Assembly (NCBI GenBank): GCA_964369335.1
Contig: CAYJFR010000002.1
Location: 1 to 34,958, forward strand
DNA: 34,958 bases
Source of the DNA: an uncultured Desulfovibrionaceae bacterium
Lineage (GTDB): Bacteria > Desulfobacterota > Desulfovibrionia > Desulfovibrionales > Desulfovibrionaceae
Reading direction: 5' to 3'
A program made the translations under genes and the position numbers. Under the pieces are notes generated by a model that was not told the DNA's origin, did not search any database, and was given only the letters and a program-made list of their open reading frames with translations. Shown here one piece after another: positions 1-8,835 of the stretch (position 1 is its first letter; each line of letters begins with the position of its first letter).

Positions 1-1
1 C

Positions 2-3000
2 CTCACCCAAAAAACTCTTGAGGAAGGGCTTGCGCTTATACGTCAGCAAAAAAGTTTGGCAGAACAGCAAAGACGCGACGCTGAACGTCAGCTTGGTGTG
101 TGGAAGCAGTGGGATGAGTGGCGCAAGGTAGAAAATCAGCTTTCGCGTTTAGCTCCTGTGGCAGAATCTTTTCCCGAAGACGGCGCAGGACGTATGGAAA
201 GAGCACAGCTTTTGTGCCAAGAAGCCGCTCGCCGCATGAACACACAAAAAGAGCGTTGTCAAAGTTTAAAAAGCAAGCGTGATGCTCTTGTAATTGACAC
301 AGAGCTGTTAGAAAAAAGACATGCCTTACAAGCTTTGAGCGAGCAAAAAAGCTCTTTTCGCCAAGCACAAGAAGGCCTTGCACCCCAAGAAGCCAGCATT
401 CACAGAATGCAAGGGCAATTAACACACACATTAGCAGAATTGGGGCCTCACTGGACATGTGAGCGCATTCACGCCACCAACCGTTCCTTGGTGGCTCGCA
501 GTGAATTGGAGCGTCTTGCTTCGGATATTCAAGCTACAGAGCAAGCCCATGTGGCAGGCTCTACCAATTTGGAAAAAGCTAATGCTTCCGTTTTGTCAGC
601 GCGTCATACTTTAGAATTGGCACAAAATACCTTGGCTCATTTGGCTGTACCTAAGGCATTGGTCAATGACGAAACACGTCAGCAAATGCGTCGCTATGTG
701 GCACATATTGAAAACAGCACCACGTCCCTAGCAGAAAAAGAGCAAGCTCTTATAACCTTCAAAAAAACTTTTCAGCGTACTTTAGCGCCACTTTCTTTAC
801 GCGCACACAGCACAAAGCCGCAAAGTGTCAAAGACATTTTGCCCAAGCTGGAAGCCTTACGCGATGCCCAAGAAGGGGCTTTAGCATGGGCAACACAAGC
901 TCAAGAAGCGCGTAAAAATACCCATGATGTAGAACTCTTAGTAACACAGGTGCAAGAAACAGAAGAAAGCGCGCGCGCCCGTATGGAGCGTATGCGTATG
1001 CATTTACAGAAAAATGTCACCACCTCACGCGCACATATTGACACACGCGCCAAAGCCATACGCGCCTTACGACAATTACATGTGAACTACGCTTTAGAAA
1101 AAGAACGTCTCAAGGAATTAACGCAACGCATGGCATTAAGCACACCGCCAGAGCCTGTAAAAAGTGTGGCGCTTATGGTCATTGGCGCTCTTATTGTGGC
1201 TTTTGGCTTAATAGGCTTATCCTTACCCATGTTTTTTGGCGTAGAAAGCCTTACCTTGACGCCTCAGCTTGTGGTGCCTTTATCTCAATGGTCTGCCTAT
1301 CTTATTGTCTTGACAGGGGCAGCTTTTCTGGCTGGAGGCTTGCCGCGTTCTGGGCCTGACCGCAAGCGTTATGCGCAAGAAATGCAAGAAATTTCCTCGC
1401 GAGCCCATGCCATAGAATTGGCGCTGACAGAAATGGAAGCCCAGATGCAAGAGCAATGTGTTTTGGCAGAGGTGAGCGACGCAGACCCCATAACTTTGGA
1501 TGCTGTGGAAATTTTGCTAGACCGTGAGCGCGAAAAATGCGCCACTGACGAGCGCATGCAATTAGACCTAGAGCAATTGGAAGCAGAATACGACGACGCT
1601 CACACAAAATTACGCATGCGCCGCCAAGAGCTTTCCGCCGCGCAACAGCAAGAGCAACGTGCTTTATTAAAATGGCACGATTGTTTACGCGCCCATGATG
1701 TGGAGAATGTGCCTTCGCACGATGCCGCCGCCGCCTTTTTTGCCCGCGTAGAAGCGGCATTGGTGGCGCAAGTTTCGGCGCAAAGCCATGAAGAAGAAGT
1801 GGCGCATTTGATACGCAGTATTGAAGAGCATAGGCAAAAATTGTGTGCTATGGAAGCTGTGGCGCATATTTTACGAGGAAATATGCCCTCAACGCCGCCA
1901 GAGTCTGCCGCATCTGACACTCAATCTTCTTTGCATCTGAATCTTGAAAGCCCTATGGAGCAAGAACATACTTCTGACACAGCGGATTCTGTTCAAGAGC
2001 CTCTTGTTTTAGCAAGTGAAACTGTGCCCATAGCGCCACAGTTCAGTGTTGCGCAAGTGTTAAGCGCTGTGCAAACGGTGCTTGATATGTGTCGCGAAGC
2101 CGACGAAGCTTTAGCAGAGCGACTCAAAGCAGAAAACGCTGTGCAGAATTGTACATATAGCCTTGAAGTTGCAGAAAAAACACAGGCTGAAATGGTACTG
2201 GCTTTACAAAAAAGCGAAAGCACCTTGCAAGAAATTTCTGATTCATGGCAACACGCCTTGCAAGATATGGGTATGGATAAGGAAATTTCCCCGCGTATGT
2301 TGCGCTCTATTTTAGAATGCATGGAAAAATGTCTTGCTATGGAGGCGAATATTTTACGCCTGCAAGAAGAAAAAGAACGTATGTTGCGCGAATGTGAAAG
2401 CCTTGTATCTCCCTTACGTGCTATTTTACTTCAAATGCAAAAGGAAGAGCCGCAAAATGTTCATAACACCGACATACCCTATCAAGAAGACTGGCTTTCT
2501 GCTTTGGACGCCTTGTTGGCACAAGTGCAAGAAAGTTATGAAGCCCAACAATTACGAGAACAAGTGCAAGGGCAGTTGCGCACGCAAATAGAGGAATTAC
2601 AAGAAGCCAATACAGCTTTACAAGACGCTAACGCCACCATTCAACACTTATTGCAATTGGGACAGATCAACAATATAGAAGAGTTTATTCGCCTTTCGCA
2701 TATACGTGGGCAAAGAATGGAGCTTTTACGCCGCAGAGATGACCTTGAAGACGCCTTGCGCTTGGCGGCAGGTGAGCAAGAGCTCAACGCCTTTTTACAA
2801 TCCTTTGCCCAACGCGAAAAGCATGAGTGTGAATTTTTCTTGCAGCAAAAAGAGGTGGAATTGCAAGAGCTACTGACGCAAGAGCAAGAAAAGATGCACG
2901 CACATGCGCAGGTCAGCGCCACATTGCACACCATTATGAATACGGACTTTTTGGCAAAATTACGCCAAGAAGAGCGCGATATTCAAGAAAGTCTACAAAG

Positions 3001-3508
3001 CGCTGGCATGCAGTGGGCGCAATATGCCGTAGCAAGACAGATGCTCTTGCAAGCAAAGCAGCGCTTTGAACAAGAGCGTCAACCGCAAGTTATACGTATG
3101 GCGTCTGATATTTTTGCACAAATAACTCAAGGAAAATGGAAAGGATTGACAGCTTCTTTAGAAGAGAGTTCTTTGCAAGTCATCTCTCCCTTTGGTGAAC
3201 CTGTGTCTCCATCGGTATTGAGCCGCGGCACACAAGAACAATTATATTTGGCTTTACGCTTGGCGTATATTCGTAATCATGCCGCTCATGCGCAAGCTTT
3301 GCCCGTGATTATGGACGATATTCTGGTTAATTTTGACCCTGAGCGTGCAGAACATACCGCTGAAGCCTTGTTAGACCTTAGTCAAAGCGGCAACAAGCAC
3401 CAAATTCTCTTTTTCACCTGTCATCCGCATATGGCGGATATGTTGCAAAAAAATGCCACAAACAGCACGCGCTTTATGGTGGAAAATGCCCAGATTATTC
3501 CCGCATAA
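2..3508 (+). CDS. YhaN/SbcC-like SMC-type coiled-coil ATPase (5' end outside window)
   Basis: Frame 2 is open from nt 2, so the TTG at 56 used by the ORF track is probably internal and the Walker-A head lies upstream of the window. The protein has more than 1100 aa of Q/E/L/R/A-rich coiled coil and two central hydrophobic helices (nt 1157-1345). Its C-terminal ABC/SMC-type head has the signature-like SRGTQEQLYLALRLAY, then Walker B/D-loop LPVIMDDILVNFD and FFTCHP. Confidence 0.7.
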   Translation, partial: LTQKTLEEGLALIRQQKSLAEQQRRDAERQLGVWKQWDEWRKVENQLSRLAPVAESFPEDGAGRMERAQLLCQEAARRMNTQKERCQSLKSKRDALVIDTELLEKRHALQALSEQKSSFRQAQEGLAPQEASIHRMQGQLTHTLAELGPHWTCERIHATNRSLVARSELERLASDIQATEQAHVAGSTNLEKANASVLSARHTLELAQNTLAHLAVPKALVNDETRQQMRRYVAHIENSTTSLAEKEQALITFKKTFQRTLAPLSLRAHSTKPQSVKDILPKLEALRDAQEGALAWATQAQEARKNTHDVELLVTQVQETEESARARMERMRMHLQKNVTTSRAHIDTRAKAIRALRQLHVNYALEKERLKELTQRMALSTPPEPVKSVALMVIGALIVAFGLIGLSLPMFFGVESLTLTPQLVVPLSQWSAYLIVLTGAAFLAGGLPRSGPDRKRYAQEMQEISSRAHAIELALTEMEAQMQEQCVLAEVSDADPITLDAVEILLDREREKCATDERMQLDLEQLEAEYDDAHTKLRMRRQELSAAQQQEQRALLKWHDCLRAHDVENVPSHDAAAAFFARVEAALVAQVSAQSHEEEVAHLIRSIEEHRQKLCAMEAVAHILRGNMPSTPPESAASDTQSSLHLNLESPMEQEHTSDTADSVQEPLVLASETVPIAPQFSVAQVLSAVQTVLDMCREADEALAERLKAENAVQNCTYSLEVAEKTQAEMVLALQKSESTLQEISDSWQHALQDMGMDKEISPRMLRSILECMEKCLAMEANILRLQEEKERMLRECESLVSPLRAILLQMQKEEPQNVHNTDIPYQEDWLSALDALLAQVQESYEAQQLREQVQGQLRTQIEELQEANTALQDANATIQHLLQLGQINNIEEFIRLSHIRGQRMELLRRRDDLEDALRLAAGEQELNAFLQSFAQREKHECEFFLQQKEVELQELLTQEQEKMHAHAQVSATLHTIMNTDFLAKLRQEERDIQESLQSAGMQWAQYAVARQMLLQAKQRFEQERQPQVIRMASDIFAQITQGKWKGLTASLEESSLQVISPFGEPVSPSVLSRGTQEQLYLALRLAYIRNHAAHAQALPVIMDDILVNFDPERAEHTAEALLDLSQSGNKHQILFFTCHPHMADMLQKNATNSTRFMVENAQIIPA

Positions 3509-3520
3509 TGGAAAATTTTT

Positions 3521-4420
3521 ATGAATAAAGAAATACAAGGGCATATGGTGGCTTTAGGCACTGTGACGGTGTGGGGGCTGACTTTTGTTTCCACAAAAAT
3601 TCTTCTGACAGATTATACACCTTTGGAAGTGCTCTTTTTTCGCTTTATTTTGGGCTATGTGACCTTAGTGATTTTTTATCCCCGCATGTTACCCATACGC
3701 AGTTTTCAAGAAGAAAAACTTTTTATGGGGGCGGGCTTTTGCGGTGTGACTTTATATTTCCTCTTGGAAAATATTGCCCTTAATTATACCCTTGCCTCTA
3801 ATGTGGGTATTATTGTGGCCATTGCGCCCTTTTGTACTGCTTTGCTTGCGCAGGTGCTTTTGCGAGGCTATACCAAAGAATCCCTCACATGGACATTTTT
3901 CGCAGGCTTTGTCATTGCCATGAGCGGCATAATTTGCATTATTTTCAACGGCGCTGTACATTTGCAACTAAATCCTATGGGAGATATTTTGGCGGCAGGG
4001 GCGGCGCTGACATGGGCTTTTTACTCTATTTTTATGCGCATGATAGGGGAATTACGCTATAATATGGCTGTGTGTACCCGACGCGTCTTTTTTTATGGGG
4101 TACTTTTTATGCTGCCTGTGGTGGCGTGGCAAGGGGTGCATTTTTCCTTAGATACATTCTTAAAGCCCGTAAATCTTATGAATTTTCTTTTTCTGGCTAT
4201 TATCGCTTCATCTTTATGTTTTGCCACATGGAGCTGGTCAGTAAAAGTGCTTGGCGCAGTGAAAGCCAGCGCGTATATTTACCTTGTACCTGTGGTGGCT
4301 ATTATGGCGGCGGCGTGTATTTTACAAGAAGAAATTACCTCTTTAGCCATCTTTGGCGTATTTTTGACTTTAACAGGCTTGGTAGTTTCGGAAATAAAAC
4401 CCAAAAAACAGACAAGATAA
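3521..4420 (+). CDS. EamA/DMT-family permease
   Basis: 299 aa with about ten hydrophobic helices in two similar halves, typical of two-EamA-domain drug/metabolite transporters. The ATG lies 12 nt after the upstream stop. Confidence 0.75.
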   Translation: MNKEIQGHMVALGTVTVWGLTFVSTKILLTDYTPLEVLFFRFILGYVTLVIFYPRMLPIRSFQEEKLFMGAGFCGVTLYFLLENIALNYTLASNVGIIVAIAPFCTALLAQVLLRGYTKESLTWTFFAGFVIAMSGIICIIFNGAVHLQLNPMGDILAAGAALTWAFYSIFMRMIGELRYNMAVCTRRVFFYGVLFMLPVVAWQGVHFSLDTFLKPVNLMNFLFLAIIASSLCFATWSWSVKVLGAVKASAYIYLVPVVAIMAAACILQEEITSLAIFGVFLTLTGLVVSEIKPKKQTR

Positions 4421-4430
4421 GAGTTTTTCT

Positions 4431-4889
4431 ATGAATCAATATAGCGGTGGTAAGTCTGCCCTCACCAGTAATGGCACCTTACTTATTTATTATTTGTGCG
4501 GCTTACTATTTTTCTTCACTGGCATAAGTCTTTTGGTGGCGGCCATAGGAGCTTTGGCTTCACGCTCTGCCGCCAAAAAAGAAGGCGTTCCCTTTGTGGT
4601 GCAACATTGCACATGGATTTTTCGTAGTATTTGGCTGTTCGTATTTTTAGCTTGTCTATTAGCTGGCGGCGGTGTGTATTTTATGGGCGATGCTTTCGTC
4701 AAACTTCCAGATACGGCACATATTACCAATTTTGAACAATTATGGTCTGACGCCACTTTGCGTTTTGCAGTACAGTATACAGCTACTTTTTTATGCTTGA
4801 GCACCTTTTTAGTGCTATGGTTTATTTATCGTATGTTACGTGGTGGCTTTAACTTGTTGCAGTTTAGTACGCCTGTGCGCCGATATTAA
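4431..4889 (+). CDS. small integral membrane protein, function unknown
   Basis: 152 aa with about four hydrophobic segments and no motif I recognise. The coding call rests on ORF length, a 10-nt gap after the EamA stop and same-strand context. Confidence 0.5.
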   Translation: MNQYSGGKSALTSNGTLLIYYLCGLLFFFTGISLLVAAIGALASRSAAKKEGVPFVVQHCTWIFRSIWLFVFLACLLAGGGVYFMGDAFVKLPDTAHITNFEQLWSDATLRFAVQYTATFLCLSTFLVLWFIYRMLRGGFNLLQFSTPVRRY

Positions 4890-4906
4890 CTCGTAAAGGG
4901 GATACT

Positions 4907-5704
4907 ATGACATCACTGCCTTTTGCGGCGCCTTCGTGTATTCTTCCTGCTACAGTGGCAGAAAATGCCGCTTTTTTGGCGCATAAGGTGCAAGAAATCG
5001 GTTTGTATTTTTTTGAAACCAAATCTTGTCTTGCCTATACAGAAGAAGATGTACCGCCAAGCTTACGCGCTTTGCCTGTGCATTGGCATATGCATTTGCC
5101 TGTAGATTTGGTGTGGTCGCGTCGCCAAGGGGGAGGTGCTCACGCCGCCAAGATGGCTTTAAGCGTTTTGGAAAAAGCGGCCTTTTTGCGTCCGCGCATG
5201 GCAGTACTGCATCCACCTATCTTTGAAAAAAATCTTGTGGAGCAAGAAAAACTGCTTTGGGAATTTTTACACACATGGTCGGCTAAAAGCTCAGTGCCTG
5301 TTTTATTGGAAAATATTCAAGAAGCGCCTCTATATACTCTAGATAAAGCTTTATTTTGCGATGTAAAAACACCTGAGGGCAAAACACGCCAAGGACAAAA
5401 AAAGCCGCGCTTTGGCGTTTGCCTTGATGTGGGGCATATGTTAGCCTTTGAGCAAGAAGAGTTGCTGTTACATCAAGATTTACTCCATAAGGTGCAACTT
5501 GTGCATTGGTCTGCCCCAGGTAAGCACGATGAACATTTAGCTCTGACACAGTTTACAGCTTCACAACTAGACAGCGTTCGTACATTGATTTCAGTGCTAC
5601 CGCCAAAAGTGACGCATATGATTGAAGTTTTTCATTGGCAATATTTTCAAGACTCTGTGAAAATTTTACAGCAAATGGGAGTGGGCAATGGCGACAAAAA
5701 CTAA
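4907..5704 (+). CDS. xylose-isomerase-like TIM-barrel protein (AP endonuclease 2 superfamily; possibly CbiR-like phosphodiesterase)
   Basis: 265 aa. Metal-ligand-like blocks at strand ends (HWHMHLP, LLENI, CLDVGH, HWSAPGKHDEH) resemble sugar-phosphate isomerase/epimerase-type TIM barrels. The CbiR-like idea comes from memory of family appearance only. Confidence 0.45.
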   Translation: MTSLPFAAPSCILPATVAENAAFLAHKVQEIGLYFFETKSCLAYTEEDVPPSLRALPVHWHMHLPVDLVWSRRQGGGAHAAKMALSVLEKAAFLRPRMAVLHPPIFEKNLVEQEKLLWEFLHTWSAKSSVPVLLENIQEAPLYTLDKALFCDVKTPEGKTRQGQKKPRFGVCLDVGHMLAFEQEELLLHQDLLHKVQLVHWSAPGKHDEHLALTQFTASQLDSVRTLISVLPPKVTHMIEVFHWQYFQDSVKILQQMGVGNGDKN

Positions 5705-6710
5705 ATTACAGCAACAGTTTGAGAAATGGCTGGACGCTCTTCCCAAAAATGAAAGTTGGTGTATTTTAATTACAGCAGACCCAGACGCCTTGGGGGCTGC
5801 CATGGCATTAAAGCGCATTTTATACCGTAAGGGGCGTCAAGTTGTCATTGCCAGTACCAACCAGATAACGCGCCCAGACAATCTTGCCATGTTACGGTAT
5901 TTGCGTATTCCTCTTGTGTCGTGGGAACCAGAAATGCAAGAACAATTTCAGCGCTTTGCCATTGTGGATTCACAACCACACCATCACCCCGCCTTTGAAA
6001 ATATCCCTTTTTCCCTTATTATTGACCATCATCCCATCCCCGACGATTATTGCCATATGGCAGAATATACTGATGTGCGCCCTAAGCTTGGCGCCACCTG
6101 TACCATGTTCTGCCAATATCTTAGAGATTTAGAAATAAAGCCCTCCAAACTTCTTGCTACCGCCCTACTCTATGGCATACGTGCAGACACAGGCTTATTT
6201 GAAAGAGGCGGCACTGAAGCGGATTTTCGCGCCTATCAATGGCTTTTACGCTATAGTGACACTTCTTTGTTACGGCGCATCATACGCAGTGAATATTTAC
6301 CCGAATGGCTTCCGCTTTTTGCCCACGCTTTTCGCTCTTTGCGTACTTGTAGTAAGGGAGCCCACGCTCATGTGGGGGCGGTGAAATCTCCAGACATGCT
6401 TGTTGCCATAGCGGATTTTTTCACCAAGGTATACGGATTGCGTTGGGTAGCGGTGAGCGGCACCTTTGAAAGTAAATTGATTATTATTTTCCGAGGCGAT
6501 GGCAGCACCAATATAGGCGAGGTGGCGCAGAGGCATTTTTCTTCTGTGGGTTCTGCCGGTGGACACAGAAGTATGGCAAGGGCAGAAATTCCTCTTGAGG
6601 CTTTAGAAGGGGTTAATCATGCGGATTTTGTCTTCAAAAAACTTGGTCGCAAGTGTAAAACAAAGAATTTTATTAAATCTTCCTTGGAAAAGGAACAAAG
6701 CGCCAAATGA
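5688..6710 (+). CDS. DHH-family phosphoesterase (NrnA-like, DHH + DHHA1)
   Basis: Motifs appear in order: ITADPDALGAAMAL (DxD), IVDSQPHH, LIIDHHP (DHH), and a C-terminal DHHA1-type GSAGGHRSMARAE (GGGH-like). The start overlaps the upstream gene by 17 nt. Confidence 0.8.
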   Translation: MATKTKLQQQFEKWLDALPKNESWCILITADPDALGAAMALKRILYRKGRQVVIASTNQITRPDNLAMLRYLRIPLVSWEPEMQEQFQRFAIVDSQPHHHPAFENIPFSLIIDHHPIPDDYCHMAEYTDVRPKLGATCTMFCQYLRDLEIKPSKLLATALLYGIRADTGLFERGGTEADFRAYQWLLRYSDTSLLRRIIRSEYLPEWLPLFAHAFRSLRTCSKGAHAHVGAVKSPDMLVAIADFFTKVYGLRWVAVSGTFESKLIIIFRGDGSTNIGEVAQRHFSSVGSAGGHRSMARAEIPLEALEGVNHADFVFKKLGRKCKTKNFIKSSLEKEQSAK

Positions 6711-6729
6711 AAAAAGTCACACATTCCTG

Positions 6730-6760
6730 TTGACAGTCGTAAAAAAAGAGTGCTAAGAAT
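6730..6760 (+). promoter_or_regulatory. candidate sigma70-type promoter of the aromatic amino-acid operon leader
   Basis: TTGACA (6730-6735), an 18-nt spacer, then TGcTAAGAAT (extended -10-like, 6751-6760). It lies 20 nt after the DHH gene stop and about 28 nt upstream of the leader ORF. Confidence 0.35.
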
Positions 6761-6787
6761 TGGCGTACGAAATTTATAGGAACTATT

Positions 6788-6898
6788 ATGCAAAACATGA
6801 CTTTCACCACATCTTCTTATTATAATGCAAGCCAAAGCTTTACCCAGTTTTGGTTCTTTAGCTATTTTAGAAGCGCCTGTGGTGAAGGACGTACGTAA
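6788..6898 (+). CDS. aromatic-rich leader peptide (36 aa) of an attenuator
   Basis: My translation: ATG(6788) MQNMTFTTSSYYNASQSFTQFWFFSYFRSACGEGRT TAA(6896-6898). It has 10 of 36 residues aromatic (6 F, 3 Y, 1 W), with a core FTQFWFFSYF. AGGA lies 8 nt upstream. The ORF is below the ORF-track size cut-off. An intrinsic terminator follows directly, then the aro operon. Confidence 0.5.
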   Translation: MQNMTFTTSSYYNASQSFTQFWFFSYFRSACGEGRT

Positions 6899-6921
6899 TT
6901 TCGTAAATTATAGATGTTCAG

Positions 6922-6959
6922 AGAGCCGCAGGTTATTTTTACCAGCGGCTCTTTTTTTT
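6922..6959 (+). terminator. attenuator: intrinsic terminator between leader ORF and aroA'
   Basis: AGAGCCGC (6922-6929) pairs with GCGGCTCT (6945-6952) and is followed by a run of T to 6959. It sits 61 nt upstream of the aroA' ATG, so it is a conditional terminator rather than an operon end. Confidence 0.6.
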
Positions 6960-7020
6960 AGCTCAAAGACCCGCTGAAAAGGTTCTCGCTTATTAACACA
7001 GAGCTTTTAGGAGCAGTATC

Positions 7021-7836
7021 ATGCAACTTGGAAAACAAATTCGCCTTGAACGAATCATCAACCGCCATAGCGGTCGCACCATCCTTGTTCCCATGGATCA
7101 TGGCATAACCCTTGGTCCCATTGACGGACTTGTGGATATGCGCGAAGTGGTCAACGATGTGGCAGAAGGCGGCGCCGATGCCGTACTTATGCATAAAGGG
7201 CTTATTCGTTGCTCTCATCGTAAAAGCGGCAAGGACGTAGGGCTTATTGTACATCTTTCTGCCTCTACTGTTTTAGGGCCTCATGGCAATAGAAAAACCC
7301 TTGTGGCAACTGTGGAAGAAGCTTTGTGCCACGGCGCCGATTGTGTATCTGTGCATGTGAACCTTGGCGACCCTGATGAGCGTCATATGCTAAAAGATTT
7401 TGGTATGGTAGCAGAGTCTTGCGACCGTTGGGGTATGCCCTTACTTGCCATGGTATACGCTCGCGGTCCCCAAATAACCAATGGCTACGATTCTGCCGTA
7501 GTGGCACATTGTGCACGCGTAGGTGTAGAACTTGGCGCTGATATAGTCAAAGTAGTATACACAGGTTCTGTAGAAAGTTTCATGCCTGTGGTTCAAGGTT
7601 GTTGCGTGCCTGTGGTTATTGCTGGCGGCGAAAAAATGGATTCTACCCGTGATATTTTACAAATGGCATACGATTCCGTACAAGCAGGCGGCGCAGGGCT
7701 TTCCATTGGGCGCAATGTTTTCCAACATCCTGACCGCATCAATTTAGTACGTGCTTTAGGCGCCATTGTGCATGAAAATGTCCAAGTGGAAGATGCTCTT
7801 GCTATGATGACTCAAGCACATCAAGGAGCTAAATAA
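7021..7836 (+). CDS. aroA': 2-amino-3,7-dideoxy-D-threo-hept-6-ulosonate (ADH) synthase, class I aldolase (DhnA/FbaB family)
   Basis: 271 aa. The N-terminus [27 protein letters not shown] and the later VVIAGGEK block are class-I aldolase (DhnA-type) features. The specific call comes from its position directly upstream of, and coupled to, a type II DHQ synthase gene, followed by pheA-aroA-tyrA. Confidence 0.8.
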   Translation: MQLGKQIRLERIINRHSGRTILVPMDHGITLGPIDGLVDMREVVNDVAEGGADAVLMHKGLIRCSHRKSGKDVGLIVHLSASTVLGPHGNRKTLVATVEEALCHGADCVSVHVNLGDPDERHMLKDFGMVAESCDRWGMPLLAMVYARGPQITNGYDSAVVAHCARVGVELGADIVKVVYTGSVESFMPVVQGCCVPVVIAGGEKMDSTRDILQMAYDSVQAGGAGLSIGRNVFQHPDRINLVRALGAIVHENVQVEDALAMMTQAHQGAK

Positions 7837-7837
7837 C

Positions 7838-8830
7838 ATGGCGTCTGTATGGTTCAAAAGTGTCCCCATGTGCAAAGAAGATGTGACTCTTGCACTGGAA
7901 TCGGGAGTGGACGGGCTTATTGTACCCGCAGAACATGTGCAAAGCGTGGCAGGTCTTGCCCGCGGTATTGTGGTCAGCGCTGAAGAAATGCCTTCAAAGC
8001 TTTTACAAAAAAAAGAAGATGAAGAAGCTTTCGTTGCCGCAGTGCAAAAAGGCAAAAAATGGGTCTTAGCCGCTGGCTGGGAAATTATCCCCATGGAAAA
8101 TATTTTAGCGCAATGCGACTTTGTGGCGGCAGAAGCCAGAAATCTTGACGAAGCGCGTCTTGCCGCAGGAGTGCTAGAACGCGGCGTTAACACTGTCGTA
8201 CTATTACCAGAAGCTTTAGGCGACATGAAAGCCATTGTGAAAGAATTGAAGCTTTCGCAAGGCACTATGGCCTTACAAGAAGCTGTTATCACTAAGGTAC
8301 AATCCATAGGGCTTGGGCATCGCGTATGTGTGGACACCTTATCTCTTTTGCAAAAAGGTCAAGGCATGCTTGTGGGTAATTCCAGCGCTTTCAGCTTTCT
8401 TGTGCATGGGGAAACGGAGCACAATGAATATGTGGCGGCGCGTCCTTTTCGCGTTAATGCCGGTGCTGTGCATGCCTATGCGCAATTACCGCAGGATAAA
8501 ACAACCTATCTTGGCGAGTTACGCGCCGGAGAAAATGTGCTTATAGTGCATGCCAACGGCAATACCTCGCTGGCGGCTGTGGGGCGTGTGAAAATAGAAG
8601 TGCGTCCCATGTTGCTTATTGAGGCTAAAATCCCCGCCCCTCAAGGCAGTACGGAAGATATTGTAGGCACGGTATTTTTACAAAATGCGGAAACCATACG
8701 CTTGACCAAGCCTGGCGGCGAGCCTGTGAGTGTGGTCAATCTCAAGCCAGGTGATGTGGTGTTGTGTCATACAGATATAGCAGGGCGTCACTTTGGTATG
8801 CGTATTGCTGAAGAAATCCAAGAGGTGTAA
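7838..8830 (+). CDS. aroB': 3-dehydroquinate synthase II (archaeal type)
   Basis: 330 aa. The N-terminus VWFKSVP..EDVTLALESGVDGLIVP and overall length match my recollection of archaeal-type DHQ synthase II, and there are no AroB (NAD/Zn) motifs. The ATG lies 1 nt after the aroA' stop. Confidence 0.8.
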   Translation: MASVWFKSVPMCKEDVTLALESGVDGLIVPAEHVQSVAGLARGIVVSAEEMPSKLLQKKEDEEAFVAAVQKGKKWVLAAGWEIIPMENILAQCDFVAAEARNLDEARLAAGVLERGVNTVVLLPEALGDMKAIVKELKLSQGTMALQEAVITKVQSIGLGHRVCVDTLSLLQKGQGMLVGNSSAFSFLVHGETEHNEYVAARPFRVNAGAVHAYAQLPQDKTTYLGELRAGENVLIVHANGNTSLAAVGRVKIEVRPMLLIEAKIPAPQGSTEDIVGTVFLQNAETIRLTKPGGEPVSVVNLKPGDVVLCHTDIAGRHFGMRIAEEIQEV

Positions 8831-8835
8831 GTGTT

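Noticed and set aside
36-2934. Minus-strand ORFs (36-458, 1302-1760, 1369-1557, 1600-1920, 1993-2322, 2641-2934) and the plus-strand ORF at 2334-2591
   Set aside because: They are antisense or off-frame within the YhaN-like gene. Their Cys/Ser/Arg-rich low-complexity products are typical of the reverse frame of a Q/E/A/L-rich coiled-coil gene.
6617-6835. 72-aa minus-strand ORF spanning the DHH gene end and the leader region
   Set aside because: It starts at a non-ATG codon (TTG), overlaps the DHH coding end antisense and has no RBS. The region is better explained by the promoter, leader peptide and attenuator on the plus strand.
7756-8337. 193-aa minus-strand ORF overlapping the aroA'/aroB' junction
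   Set aside because: It is antisense to two well-supported, coupled genes. Its product is Ser/Ala/Thr-rich with no motifs.
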